Assembly: GCA_044225365.1 (NCBI GenBank)
Contig: JBGAIQ010000005.1
Location: forward strand, 64,001-128,000
DNA from: Planctomycetota bacterium
GTDB taxonomy: Bacteria; Planctomycetota; B15-G4; JADJEK01
Direction: 5' to 3'
DNA: 64,000 nucleotides
The notes under the pieces are model-generated. The model was not told the origin of the DNA. It ran no database searches and saw only the letters and a list, made by a program, of their open reading frames with translations. Below are positions 38,941-49,455 of this stretch, piece after piece. A program made the translations under genes and the position numbers. Positions within the stretch are counted from its first letter, which is position 1; each line of letters begins with the position of its first letter.

Positions 38941-40611
38941 ATGAAGAATCGCAATGCCCTCCGCGTCCTTTCCGCCGCCGTCTCCGCCCTCGCTGCGGCA
39001 GGCGTCGCCCATGCTCAAGGCATCCTGCAGACGAATTACGGACTGAATCTAGGCGACGAGCTCGGCTGGTCGGTCCGTTCGGCAGGGGACGTCGATGGTG
39101 ACGGATACGGCGACATCCTCGCGGGAGCGCCCGCGGCGAAGATCAACGGAGCGACGCTCGGCCGGGCGCGCGTGATCTCGGGGAAGACGGGCGCGACGAT
39201 CCATGAACTCACGGGGACCGTGAGCATGGGCGGCTTCGCCTACGACGTCGCGGGAGTCGGCGATCTCGACAACGACGGCCACGCGGACTTCGTGGTCGGG
39301 ATCCGGCCTTGGGACTACGCGGCGGGCGGACCGGGATCGGCGAAGGTTTTCTCCGGGAAGACGGGCGCTCTGATGTTCACGTTCACGGGAACCGGCACCA
39401 ACAACTCCTTCGGCGGTTCGGTGAACGCGGCGGGCGACGTCGACAAGGATGGCACACCCGACATCGTCGTGGGCTCGACGACGGAATCGGTGGTCGGCGT
39501 GGACGCGGGCGGAGTCTGGGTGTTCTCCGGAAAGACCGGAGCGGCGATCCGTCACTTCCTCGGTACGACGAACTCGCAACTCGGAATCTGCGTAGCGGGC
39601 GCGGGCGACGTCAACGGCGACGGCTACGCCGACATCATCGCGGGCGCGAATACCGACCCCGCGGGCGGCGGCATCGCGGGCAGCGTGCACATCTATTCCG
39701 GGAAGACCGGCGTCCAGCTCTGGCAGAAGATCGGCGCGTTCGACTCGCAGATGGGTGTCGGCGTCGCGGGCCTTACGGACGTAAACGGCGATGGCCTCCC
39801 GGACGTGGTCTTCGGCGCTCTCAGTGACTCCACGCAGGGCGCGTTCGCGGGCAAAGTCCAGGTCTGCGTCGGATCGACCGGCGCCGTGATCCACACGCTC
39901 TATGGTCCCTCGGGATCCGGGTTCGGCGAGAGCGTCGGCAGCCTCGGCGACATCGATGGCGACGGGCGCGGCGATTTCCTCGTCGGGATGCCGTCCGCGA
40001 GCAACGGCACCTCGAATTCGGGCGGAGTGAAGGTCTTCTCGGGCGCGACGGCTGCGTTGCTCTTCACCGTGTACGGGAATTCGGCGGGCGACTCCTTCGG
40101 CTACGACGCGGCCGGCGCAGGCGACGTCAACGGTGACGGAATCGGCGACGTGGTGGTCGGCGCATACAGCGACGACATCGCGGGCCAGGCGCGCGGCGCG
40201 GTCTACGTCTACTCCGGCCGCTGCGGCCCGATCGCGAACTTCGGTACGGGCTGTCCCGGCACGGGCGGCTTCACGCCGAGCCTTTCTCTCACCGGTTGCG
40301 CCTGTCCCGGCGGATCGATGAGCCTGTCGGTCACGAAGGGACTCGGCGGATCGAACGCGCTGCTGTTCATCGGCGCGAATGAGACGGCGCTGCCGATCCA
40401 GGGCGGCTGCACGCTGTTCACGTTCCCGATCCTCTCGACGATCGTCGCCCCCCTCTCCGGGATCGGCGCCGGTGCGGGCCAGGTCCTCGCGGTCGGCAAA
40501 CTGCCGATGGGCACGCCGCTCGTGCCGTTCGCGATGCAGGCGATCTGTCTCGATCCGCAGATGCCGCGCGGATACTCGGCGTCGAACGGCGTCTCCATCA
40601 CGATTCAATGA
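38941..40611 (+). CDS. Secreted FG-GAP (integrin-alpha-like) repeat protein with shared C-terminal domain
   Basis: RBS AAGGA; signal peptide; seven 'AGDVDGDG..D...GA' type repeats. Confidence 0.92.
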   Translation: MKNRNALRVLSAAVSALAAAGVAHAQGILQTNYGLNLGDELGWSVRSAGDVDGDGYGDILAGAPAAKINGATLGRARVISGKTGATIHELTGTVSMGGFAYDVAGVGDLDNDGHADFVVGIRPWDYAAGGPGSAKVFSGKTGALMFTFTGTGTNNSFGGSVNAAGDVDKDGTPDIVVGSTTESVVGVDAGGVWVFSGKTGAAIRHFLGTTNSQLGICVAGAGDVNGDGYADIIAGANTDPAGGGIAGSVHIYSGKTGVQLWQKIGAFDSQMGVGVAGLTDVNGDGLPDVVFGALSDSTQGAFAGKVQVCVGSTGAVIHTLYGPSGSGFGESVGSLGDIDGDGRGDFLVGMPSASNGTSNSGGVKVFSGATAALLFTVYGNSAGDSFGYDAAGAGDVNGDGIGDVVVGAYSDDIAGQARGAVYVYSGRCGPIANFGTGCPGTGGFTPSLSLTGCACPGGSMSLSVTKGLGGSNALLFIGANETALPIQGGCTLFTFPILSTIVAPLSGIGAGAGQVLAVGKLPMGTPLVPFAMQAICLDPQMPRGYSASNGVSITIQ

Positions 40612-40678
40612 TCGGCGAGGGGAAGTCCTGAACGGGCGTCGCGCGCGACCGGCGTGCGGCGCCCACTTTCGTCCGACC

Positions 40679-41389
40679 TCACACCGGCAGGAAGACGAGC
40701 GTCTGCACGACGAATCGAATCGTGCGATTCGAGCGATCGGCGACGATGCGCGCCGACATGTCCTGCAGCGCGATCATCTCGCCGAACATGCGTTCGTAAC
40801 TGAGATTCATCGGTGCGTCGTCGGGCATCGCATTCGTCAGCAGCAGGACCTGATTGTCGGCGCCGTGGTCGTGGGTGATCTTCCAAGCGGCGAGTTCGAG
40901 ATTGCGCGCGCAGTTGTAGAGCTTCTGCGGATCGAGCCGGTCGGGGATGTAGAAGTGCTGCTGTCCGTCGTACGAGTCGTCGATCATCGCGCGCATCCCG
41001 CACGCGAACGCGAGCACGCGGTCGCCAGCGAAATCGGGGGCGAGCGCTTTCTTCAACTGCTCGACGCCGCTGAGTCGCGCGAGTTCGAGCGGAGTGTAGT
41101 CGTCCTGGAAGATCTGCTGGATGCGATGCTCGACCGTCATCCCGGCGACCTTCTTCAGCTCCCTCGGGTTGCGCAGATACAGCTTCTTGGTGAGCGTGGC
41201 GAGGAGATGACGTTGTTCCGCGACGAACAACTCGAGTGTGGAGTCGGTGTCCGTCTTCGCGAGATCCTGGAGCTGGAACGGCGAACTCGACGGTCCCCTG
41301 CCGTCGACCATCGTCTCGCAAGCGAGGGGCGACCCACAGAGGACGATCAACGCCACCACGCGCTCGCCGCAGCGCGGCAAATACACCAT
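40679..41389 (-). CDS. Hypothetical lipoprotein
   Basis: Lipobox-like 'PLAC'; ordered-looking sequence 'KLYLRNPREL', 'LYNCARNLE', 'NLSYERMFG'. Confidence 0.6.
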   Translation of the reverse strand: MVYLPRCGERVVALIVLCGSPLACETMVDGRGPSSSPFQLQDLAKTDTDSTLELFVAEQRHLLATLTKKLYLRNPRELKKVAGMTVEHRIQQIFQDDYTPLELARLSGVEQLKKALAPDFAGDRVLAFACGMRAMIDDSYDGQQHFYIPDRLDPQKLYNCARNLELAAWKITHDHGADNQVLLLTNAMPDDAPMNLSYERMFGEMIALQDMSARIVADRSNRTIRFVVQTLVFLPV

Positions 41390-41818
41390 TCACGCGCTCC
41401 CATTCGCCCGTCCGATGCCATCGAACGCGCGACCGCCGAGGATGCGGCGGATCGTCGCAGGTTGGCGATCGGGCCTCGCATGACAAATCAGTCATGCGGA
41501 CCGCACGTCGGGTGCGCACGGGGATCCGGTGTCCCTCCGGCGGACCGCCGAGCTCTGCCCGGCATCTTCTTCGGGTCCCAAGGCCCATGGTCTCGGCCCG
41601 AGGAGTCCGAAAGGGTGCCAAAGTGCAAAGGACTGCGCATCAGGCTCCCGCCCGGGTCTGCGCGTTCATCCGATGGTGCCGCCGGGCTTTCCATTCCGGA
41701 CCCCGGCCTCGATTCGGGGGCGAATCCGTGGGACGAAGCGGAGCTTGCGAGGATTGAACGAGTAGCGACCCGCCCTTCCGTCGCGCGCGTCGCACCCCCA
41801 TCCTCCGGAGTCTCTCGC

Positions 41819-43537
41819 ATGGCCTCGCGTTCTTCGTCGTACGTCGCGTCCCTTTCGTTCGTCGCCCTCCTTCTCGTGAGTGGCCGAGTCCTCGCTGACA
41901 CGACGGAACTCGAAAGCGTTGCATCGGGCGGTACGCCCGCGAGTGGCTACGTCAGCGGTTTCGCATCGCTGTCGGCGGATGGGCGGTACATCGCGATCGA
42001 GAGCCTCGACACCACCCTCGTTCCCGGCGACACGAACGGCTTTCGCGACATCTTCCTCCGTGACACGAAGCTGAACACGACCATCAAGGTCTCGAAGGGT
42101 TTCTTCGGCGCCCAGTCGGACGGTGAGAGCGTGTGCCCGTGGACCTCGAACGATGGCCGCTACGTCGCGTTCTCGTCGTACGCTTCGGACCTGGTGACGG
42201 GAGACTTCAACGACGCACTCGACTGCTTCGTGTGGGATCGCACGACGCAGAAACTGACGCTCGTCAGCGCGACGCCCGCCGGGGTGCAGGGCGACTACGA
42301 CAGCGTCCTCGCGACGATGAGCGCAGACGGCCGTTACCTCGCATTCGAGAGCTACGCGGACAACCTCGTCCCGAACGACACGAACAACGCGGCCGACATC
42401 TTCGTGCGCGATCTCTTGAACGGAACGATCGAACGGATCAGCACCGTTCCCGCGGCGCTCGGCGGCGGAGAAGGAAACAGCGACAGCCTCCTGCCCATCA
42501 TTGCCACTGGTGGGCGCTACGTCGTCTTCAGCAGCTACGCATCGAACCTCGCGCCGAACGACACGAACAACGCGCAGGATGTGTTCCGCTACGACCTGGT
42601 CACGCATGCGCTCGATCGCGTTTCCGTCGCCACGAATGGCGCGGGGGCGAACGGGGAATCGCGTTCCAACGCGTGGTCGATCGTGTCGGCCGACGGTCGC
42701 TACGTGGTCTTCCACAGCGACGCGACGAATCTCGTTCCGAACGATACGAACGGAACGACCGACGTCTTCGTGCGCGACATGGTGCTCGGTGTGACGACGC
42801 GCGTCTCGGTCGGTGCGAACGGCAACGAGGCGCACGGTGAGAGCAAGACTCCCTCGCTGTCGGCCGACGGCCGCTACGTGACGTTCGAGAGCGCGGCTCC
42901 GGACCTCGTTCCGGGCGACGGCAACGGAACGATCGATGTCTTCCGCAAGGATCTCTACACGGGGAACATCGTCCGTGTCAGCGTGACGAGTACTGGACTC
43001 GAGGGACATGGCGCGAGCTACTACGCGAGCTGCACGTCCGACGGCCGCACCGTCGTCTACACCAGCACCGCGCCGGATCTCGTCGCGAACGACCTGAACG
43101 CCAATCCGGACGTCTTCGCGTTCCGCGACACGTGGAACGAATTCCACTCGTACGGGACTGGCCTCGCCGGCTCGGCGGGGATCGTTCCGACGCTGCTCGG
43201 CGCGAATGGATCCGCCGCCCAGGGCGGTGCCGCGATCGGCATCCAGAACTGCCTCGGCGGCGCGAACGGAATGCTCTTCGTCGCCGCGCAGAAGGCCGAC
43301 ATCTTCCCCGTCTTCGGCGGCCACCTCCTCGTGAGCCTCGCGTCGCCGTTCGTGATGCTGAATCTGCCGGTGTCCGGTCCCTCCGGTCTACCCGGATTCG
43401 GTGGCGTCGGCTTCTCGACGCTCGATACCCACGCCCTCGCCGGGTACTCGCTGTACTTCCAGTTCCTCGTGATCGATCCCGGCGCCGTGAAGGGCGTCGC
43501 GATGTCGAACGGCCTCGAGCTCGACGTCGCGAACTGA
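41819..43537 (+). CDS. Secreted TolB/PD40-like beta-propeller protein with shared C-terminal domain
   Basis: ATG 41819 after GGAG; repeated 'SADGRYVAF.S.A.NLVP.DTN...D.FVRD'. Confidence 0.9.
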   Translation: MASRSSSYVASLSFVALLLVSGRVLADTTELESVASGGTPASGYVSGFASLSADGRYIAIESLDTTLVPGDTNGFRDIFLRDTKLNTTIKVSKGFFGAQSDGESVCPWTSNDGRYVAFSSYASDLVTGDFNDALDCFVWDRTTQKLTLVSATPAGVQGDYDSVLATMSADGRYLAFESYADNLVPNDTNNAADIFVRDLLNGTIERISTVPAALGGGEGNSDSLLPIIATGGRYVVFSSYASNLAPNDTNNAQDVFRYDLVTHALDRVSVATNGAGANGESRSNAWSIVSADGRYVVFHSDATNLVPNDTNGTTDVFVRDMVLGVTTRVSVGANGNEAHGESKTPSLSADGRYVTFESAAPDLVPGDGNGTIDVFRKDLYTGNIVRVSVTSTGLEGHGASYYASCTSDGRTVVYTSTAPDLVANDLNANPDVFAFRDTWNEFHSYGTGLAGSAGIVPTLLGANGSAAQGGAAIGIQNCLGGANGMLFVAAQKADIFPVFGGHLLVSLASPFVMLNLPVSGPSGLPGFGGVGFSTLDTHALAGYSLYFQFLVIDPGAVKGVAMSNGLELDVAN

Positions 43538-43543
43538 GCGGCG

Positions 43544-45721
43544 TCACTGGATCGTCGACACCCGCGTGTCGCTGACCCGAAACTTCTGCGTGTACTTCGG
43601 CGGCCCACACATCGAGCCGGTCGCCGACGGAGGCAGGAGATCGATCACCTGCGTTGCGAAGCTCGCGCCGAGCAACGCAGGATCACAGGGGACGGTCGCC
43701 GTGAGGAACGTCGGAGTCGGAGTGATGACGAGCGGTGAGACCCCGAGGACGCACCCGCCCTGTCCCGGGCAGAGCGGAACGCTGGTCGGAGAGCCGAGCA
43801 ACAGCAGCGGATTCACGACGTTGCCGATCAGGATCCCGAAGTCGCCTCCGAGAACGACCGCATTGCTCGTGACGAGCGTGGGCTCGGGCGCGCCGCAACC
43901 GGTCTGCACCGTCGTGACGCCGCCCGTCCCCAGCGTCGTGAAGAATGCGCCCACGACATCGTGATCCCCGGTCGGTGTGCGGGTCCACGTGATCAGGTGG
44001 CGGCCGGGCTGATCGAGACCGCAGCTCGCGATCGAGGGTTCGCGATCGTCGAACGCCGAGGGCGCGACCGGGCCGTGCTTCTCGATCGCGACGAGTCCCG
44101 TCGCCGTCGTGAGCGACGTCGCGAAGACGTCGAAGTTCGAACTGGTCTGTCGCTCGCGATACGCGACGAGGAATCGGCAGCCGTCGAATCCGACCGCGGG
44201 ATCCGTCTGGTCGTTCGTATCGAGTCCCACGTGATCGAGCAGCGCGAGGCTCGTCACCGGAGTGGAGGGTGCGACGGCGCCGTTCTGGTTCTCGAGCGCG
44301 CGGATCATCACGTCGTCGTTGGTCGCATCGTCCGTGGCCCATGCGACGAGGAAGTGGAATCCGTCGCCCGCGATCTCCGGCGCGCGATCGATCTGCGCGG
44401 AGGACGACGTGAGCACCTGCGTGCTGCCGACGACTCCGCTTGGACTGATCTGGCGGTAGCCGATGTCGTTTGCGGCGCCGAAGACCGACGTGCCGGAATC
44501 GCTCTCGAAGGCGACGACCCACACGCCTCCCGGCCGACATCGCTGATTGACCCGTGGGCGCGTTTCGTCGAACAGCGCGGCGATCGTGAAGAAGCCGCCG
44601 AACGCGCCGTTGTCGGCGACCGCCTGAGCACGGATGTTCATTCCCGTTCCGACGCCCGATTGCGACCACGTGACGAGGAACGGTTCGGCGACGGAATCGT
44701 CCGCTGAACCCACGTCGGGATCGGCGACCGACCCGAAGAGCGTCGAGCTGACATCGAAGGTGTTGCCGAGGACGCCGGTGCTCGCGATCCGTTTGCGAGC
44801 TCTGATCTCGTCGTTGAGGATCAGGGATGGGACCGCACGCCACACGATCAGGAACGTCCCCGAGCGCTCCGCCACCGCGGGCGTCGTCGAGTCATCGCTC
44901 GAGATGTCGACCGGCAGCTCTTCCTTCAGGTTGCCGTTGAGATCGAAGCGACGCTGCAGGATGTCGCGATCGTTCGCCGAGACCGCGTCCTCGAACACGA
45001 CGAGGAACGTGTTGTCGGTCGGCGAGTAGGCGACATCCGGGTTGGCGGCGTCGTTCGAACCCGTATCGATCGCGAGCGTCGAGATCGTGGGATCGATCGT
45101 GAGCGGAAAGGTCGCTTCCGCGACGGATGCCCGCGGCACCCGCAGCTCGATCGTTTCCGCGGCCGCCGTGACGACGACGGCGAAGCGCCGGCCCGTCGCA
45201 TCGACTGCGACGGCATGTTCGTACCGCACGTCGCCGAGCCCGCCCGCCGAGAACCGCAGACCTCCATCCGCGCACGAGTGAAGAGCCAGATCGGTCGTCG
45301 CTTTCTGCACCACGACGAGATCTCCCGCTGCCGGACGGCGCGGGAAGACGAAGCTCTGCTCGACCTCGTCGATCGCGAGGTCGTAGACCTCGACGAATCC
45401 GCCGTGATCGAGGCTCACGCGGTTGCCATGTCGCTCCGGGCGAGCGCGATCCCCGATCGAGAGTCTCAGCGGCAGATTCCGTTCCGCCCTGATGCCGAAT
45501 CTCGGAACGAACGCCGCGGCGCCGTCCTCGAACTGCATCTTGTAGGTGGCCGCGGACGCGAAGATCCGGCCCATCCCGTCGCTGTCGAACAGCACGCGTG
45601 CACGCACATTGGGCACGTGGAGCGAGACGTCGGGAAGGCGGGTAGCGGAGAGCGGGTCGTCCGGGTCGGACGCGACCGCGAGCACGAACGAGAGTGCGGT
45701 CATGGGAAGGCTGGAAATCAT
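43544..45721 (-). CDS. Large secreted protein with beta-repeat region and shared C-terminal domain
   Basis: Signal-like N-terminus; 'VEQSFVF', 'FPLTIDP', repeated 'PDVA/PAV...FLV.W' blades. Confidence 0.7.
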   Translation of the reverse strand: MISSLPMTALSFVLAVASDPDDPLSATRLPDVSLHVPNVRARVLFDSDGMGRIFASAATYKMQFEDGAAAFVPRFGIRAERNLPLRLSIGDRARPERHGNRVSLDHGGFVEVYDLAIDEVEQSFVFPRRPAAGDLVVVQKATTDLALHSCADGGLRFSAGGLGDVRYEHAVAVDATGRRFAVVVTAAAETIELRVPRASVAEATFPLTIDPTISTLAIDTGSNDAANPDVAYSPTDNTFLVVFEDAVSANDRDILQRRFDLNGNLKEELPVDISSDDSTTPAVAERSGTFLIVWRAVPSLILNDEIRARKRIASTGVLGNTFDVSSTLFGSVADPDVGSADDSVAEPFLVTWSQSGVGTGMNIRAQAVADNGAFGGFFTIAALFDETRPRVNQRCRPGGVWVVAFESDSGTSVFGAANDIGYRQISPSGVVGSTQVLTSSSAQIDRAPEIAGDGFHFLVAWATDDATNDDVMIRALENQNGAVAPSTPVTSLALLDHVGLDTNDQTDPAVGFDGCRFLVAYRERQTSSNFDVFATSLTTATGLVAIEKHGPVAPSAFDDREPSIASCGLDQPGRHLITWTRTPTGDHDVVGAFFTTLGTGGVTTVQTGCGAPEPTLVTSNAVVLGGDFGILIGNVVNPLLLLGSPTSVPLCPGQGGCVLGVSPLVITPTPTFLTATVPCDPALLGASFATQVIDLLPPSATGSMCGPPKYTQKFRVSDTRVSTIQ

Positions 45722-45961
45722 GGGAACCTCGATCTTCGAGTCGGAATTCGCGGTCGAGGACGCACTCCGATCCGCGCGGCGACAAGAAATCGCGAAATCG
45801 GGGGCGCGCCGCACAATTCGCAAGATCGAGCAAAAGGCGACCCCCTCCGATTCCGATGAAGATGGAGTCCGAGTCGGTTGCGGCGGTGCCGACGGGCATG
45901 GGTTCCATGCGGCGGGAAACCCCTCGATCGACGACGAAGACAACTTCACCTCGAGGCATCG

Positions 45962-46495
45962 TTGCAGCACGTACATCGACCCCACTTCCATCGCCTACGT
46001 CGACGTCGAGGTTTCACTCTCGTCGAGATCACGGTGAGTTTCGCGATCCTCGCGACGGCGCTCGCCGTCCTCCTCCAGGGGCTGCTCACCCTCACCCATG
46101 CACGACAGTCCGCGGCCGAACGTCATCGCGTCGCGACCGCGCTGTCACGCGCCTTCGAGACTCTCGAGGCGATGGGCCCGACGGGTAGCTACGAGTCGTA
46201 CAAGCCCGATGCGGCCGGCGAGCCATTCCTCGTCCCGAGCATCCAGGATCAGGCGGGCCATCCCGTCGCCGTCGGAATCCAGTTCTTCGTCGACGAGACC
46301 GCGAACTCTCCCGAGCTCGGGTTGCCGCGCGACCTCGACGGGGACGGTGCCATCTCCAACGCGGATGTCGGCGTCCTCGGCGCCGACGGCAAGATCGCAG
46401 CGACGATGCTCCCGGTGAAGCTGACCGTTTCGTGGCGCAGCTTCGACGGATCCAGCCGGTCGCTCGAGTGGACCGGCGTCATCACTTCCACCTGA
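45962..46495 (+). CDS. Prepilin-type N-terminal cleavage/methylation protein (PilV-like)
   Basis: 'RRRRG|FTLVE' type III signal; TTG 45962 preceded by GAGG. Confidence 0.85.
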   Translation: MQHVHRPHFHRLRRRRGFTLVEITVSFAILATALAVLLQGLLTLTHARQSAAERHRVATALSRAFETLEAMGPTGSYESYKPDAAGEPFLVPSIQDQAGHPVAVGIQFFVDETANSPELGLPRDLDGDGAISNADVGVLGADGKIAATMLPVKLTVSWRSFDGSSRSLEWTGVITST

Positions 46496-46498
46496 GCG

Positions 46499-47218
46499 AT
46501 GAACATGAACACGAACACCACTCGATCGCTCGTCTCTCGCCGTCGCCGCGGCTTCACCCTCACCGAACTCGTGGTGGTCGTTGCGATCGTCGGCCTGATG
46601 ACGGCGCTCATGGCTTCGGGCATGGAACGTGGCGAGTCGTTCGCGACGGTGGAGATGAGTCGCACCTCCGTCGAGGCGAAGTTCCAACAAACGACCGATC
46701 GCTTCCGCCAGCAGTTCATGATCGCTCGCGTCGACCCACCGATCGATTACGGCACGCGCGTTCGGTACATGATGCCGATCGATCATGACGGCAACGGCAT
46801 GACCTACGACGGCGAAGGCGCGATCACCTGGGGCTGGACGATCGACGGAGTGCCGGCGCTCGGCGCCTCGGCGTGGCTCACGTGGGTCCAGGATTCGACG
46901 ATCACCGAAGCCTCGATCGACCTCGATGTCAACAAGGACGGCGACAAGGCCGACTCGTTCGACCTCGGTCACATCGAAGAACAATTGCCCGACGGCAAGA
47001 AACTTCAGCTCACCGGCTCGTCGGTCCTGCAGAAGTCCGGCAATCCCGGCGGCGACATCGACGAGGACGGCACGCTCGATCCGCTGTTCGACGTCTACGA
47101 CGCCGGCCACTCGCGACTCGCCCACTTGAAGGTATTCGGCCTCTTCCGTCTCCCGGACGGCAAGTGGCAGACGCTCCGCTACGACTCGTCGGTACGTCTC
47201 CAGAACGATGGGTCTTGA
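46499..47218 (+). CDS. Prepilin-type N-terminal cleavage/methylation protein (PilW-like)
   Basis: 'RRRRG|FTLTELVVVVAI'. Confidence 0.88.
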   Translation: MNMNTNTTRSLVSRRRRGFTLTELVVVVAIVGLMTALMASGMERGESFATVEMSRTSVEAKFQQTTDRFRQQFMIARVDPPIDYGTRVRYMMPIDHDGNGMTYDGEGAITWGWTIDGVPALGASAWLTWVQDSTITEASIDLDVNKDGDKADSFDLGHIEEQLPDGKKLQLTGSSVLQKSGNPGGDIDEDGTLDPLFDVYDAGHSRLAHLKVFGLFRLPDGKWQTLRYDSSVRLQNDGS

Positions 47219-47261
47219 CCGAAATGCGAATCCCTGCCCGGGATCCCAAGGTACTCCACCG

Positions 47262-49421
47262 ATGAACTCCTCCCTGTACGAACGACGACATCGCACCGAG
47301 AACTCGCAGGGCTTCACCCTGCTCGGCACGATCCTGCTCGTCGCGGTCTGCTCCGGGCTCACGCTCACCTACTTCGCGATGTCGTCCGGATCGATCCGCG
47401 TAGCGACGCGTCGTGAATCCTCGATGCGACTCGACGCGACCGCCACGAGCGCCGCGCAACTCGTCGCGCAGGAAGTGTGGAATCGCTACGTCCACGCGAA
47501 CGGTGGCGCCGCGACGGACCTCAGCAGTTTCCGCGAATTCCTCGATGCCGGGAGTTCGGTCGCGGCCGTGCCCAAGGGCGACGGAGACGCCTTCGGGGTC
47601 GCGACGGACGTGAAGAGTGTCATCGCGGGCGACGCCGGTGAAGGGGCATCGAAGTTCGGTCAGCTGTACCTCGTCGCCGCGACCGCACGGCGACGCGACA
47701 CCGACGTGGAGACCGATCTCGAGGTCAGCGTCACGATGGCGACGGGCGACGTCCCGTCCGCCGAACGCACGAGCGTGCGCCAGGCGTTCACGATCGGCGG
47801 TGCGGAGTTCAAGGGCTTCGACTACGCGCTGCTCACGAACAACGTGAACTGCATCATGTGCCACGCGACGTTCGACAGCGCGGGTCGGTACTACAACAGC
47901 GATGCCTCCAAGCTGAGTTCGTTCAATCGAGTGAAGATCGGCACGCTGTCGTCTCTCCAGATTCGGGCGCACGAAGCGATGTCGGACGTCTACGGCACGA
48001 TCCACAGCCGTGGCTCGCTGATGGACTCCGAGGGAAATCCGTTGGCCTCGCTCTCGAACACCACGCTGCAGGGCGCAGAGCTCGACGAAACGGGTCACAT
48101 CGTCGAGCAGCAGAACGGCTCGATCCTCCAGGACGATCTCACTCTCGCATCGGGCGATCCGCTCCCGCAGAACGGGCAGCTCTATCTCAACTACCCGACG
48201 CAGATCCCGCAGATGACGGACGGCGAACTCCCACTCGCGTTCCCCGCGGCGGTCCCCGACATGAACGGGAACAAGAAAGTCGACAAGGACGAATTCGACC
48301 TGATCGCGAAGAACTCCACGGGCTCGCTCGGCGGCTCGATCCTCACGGTGAAGGACGGCTCCACGTTCGAGTCCTCGATCGCGTCGGGCAGCGTCAAGCC
48401 ATCGATCAGCGGTTCGACGAACGACAACCTCGTGCTCATGGGCACGCCCGACAATCCGATCAAGATCGACGGCAAGATCGCGGTCGACGGCGACGTCGTG
48501 TTGTTCGGCACCGTGAAGGGCGAAGGCGCGATCTACGCCTCGGGCAATGTGTACGTCGTAGGCGACCTGCAATATGCCGATGGCGTCGACGCCAACGGCA
48601 ATCGCACGTTCGGTGTCGGGCAGGACGGGCACCCGAATGCGCTCGCTCTCGCGGCCGGCGGCAACATCATCACGGGCGATCACCTCAGCATCCCGAAGTG
48701 GGGTCCGTACCAGAGCAATCCGGCACCGGTGAACGGCGACGGCACGGGCAGCTACAACTTCACGATGAACGAGATGGCGATCTTCAACCGCCAGGAATGG
48801 GCGAAGACGCAACCCACGCTCCCTGGGATCGACGGCCAGCCCGTCACGAATCCGTCCTACGTCGCGAACTACACGCCGAGCTACTACGTCCTCAACGAGG
48901 GCAATCCCGTCTTCATCATGAACGGCGCGAACCTCGGCGCGGGCGACCAGAGCCAACTCTACTTCGATCCCGCGTCCGGGCTGTGGAAGGGCAAGGAACT
49001 GCTCGAGACCTACGAGAAGCCGTTCCTCCAGCAGATCAATGCCACGGACGCCGCCTACGGCAGTGCGGTGATCAAGCCGCTGTCGCCGCAGAACCACTGG
49101 ATGTCGATCGCGTCGCTCCAGGGCCTGCGCAAACTCGCCGAGATGTTCCATCCCGTCGGGCCGATGAAGGTCGACGCGCTGCTCTACACCAACAACGCCG
49201 CCTTCGCGATGATGCGCAACCTGTCGAAGTATCAGGGGCGACTGCTCCTCAACGGCGGCCTCATCGCGGCGGACACGGGTGTGCTCCTGCCGAACGGCTT
49301 CAACCTCAACTTCGACCCGCGCCCGAGCAAGTTCGTGAATTTGTGGGACCTCACGAAGCCAATCGAGATGCATCGCGCGGTGTGGCGCAAGTTGAACAGC
49401 TACTCCGAACAGCAGCCGTGA
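47262..49421 (+). CDS. Large PilX/GspK-like minor pilin with CxxCH motif
   Basis: 'SQG|FTLLG' (no E5, as in PilX/GspK) then TM; 'CIMCH' at 47850-47864; start 47262 or 47208. Confidence 0.75.
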   Translation: MNSSLYERRHRTENSQGFTLLGTILLVAVCSGLTLTYFAMSSGSIRVATRRESSMRLDATATSAAQLVAQEVWNRYVHANGGAATDLSSFREFLDAGSSVAAVPKGDGDAFGVATDVKSVIAGDAGEGASKFGQLYLVAATARRRDTDVETDLEVSVTMATGDVPSAERTSVRQAFTIGGAEFKGFDYALLTNNVNCIMCHATFDSAGRYYNSDASKLSSFNRVKIGTLSSLQIRAHEAMSDVYGTIHSRGSLMDSEGNPLASLSNTTLQGAELDETGHIVEQQNGSILQDDLTLASGDPLPQNGQLYLNYPTQIPQMTDGELPLAFPAAVPDMNGNKKVDKDEFDLIAKNSTGSLGGSILTVKDGSTFESSIASGSVKPSISGSTNDNLVLMGTPDNPIKIDGKIAVDGDVVLFGTVKGEGAIYASGNVYVVGDLQYADGVDANGNRTFGVGQDGHPNALALAAGGNIITGDHLSIPKWGPYQSNPAPVNGDGTGSYNFTMNEMAIFNRQEWAKTQPTLPGIDGQPVTNPSYVANYTPSYYVLNEGNPVFIMNGANLGAGDQSQLYFDPASGLWKGKELLETYEKPFLQQINATDAAYGSAVIKPLSPQNHWMSIASLQGLRKLAEMFHPVGPMKVDALLYTNNAAFAMMRNLSKYQGRLLLNGGLIAADTGVLLPNGFNLNFDPRPSKFVNLWDLTKPIEMHRAVWRKLNSYSEQQP

Positions 49422-49455
49422 CTTCCAGCATGGAACGAGAGCCCGAGGGGATTTC

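Noticed and set aside
40379-41818. N-terminal ~480 aa of the 1052-aa ORF
   Set aside because: Antisense shadow of 40679-41389 plus intergenic DNA; the real protein starts at ATG 41819 with a signal peptide
41390-41818. Riboswitch or ncRNA in the long divergent intergenic region
   Set aside because: GAAA/GCAAA-like words are present, but I could not build a convincing c-di-GMP or other consensus fold; needs an Rfam/Infernal scan
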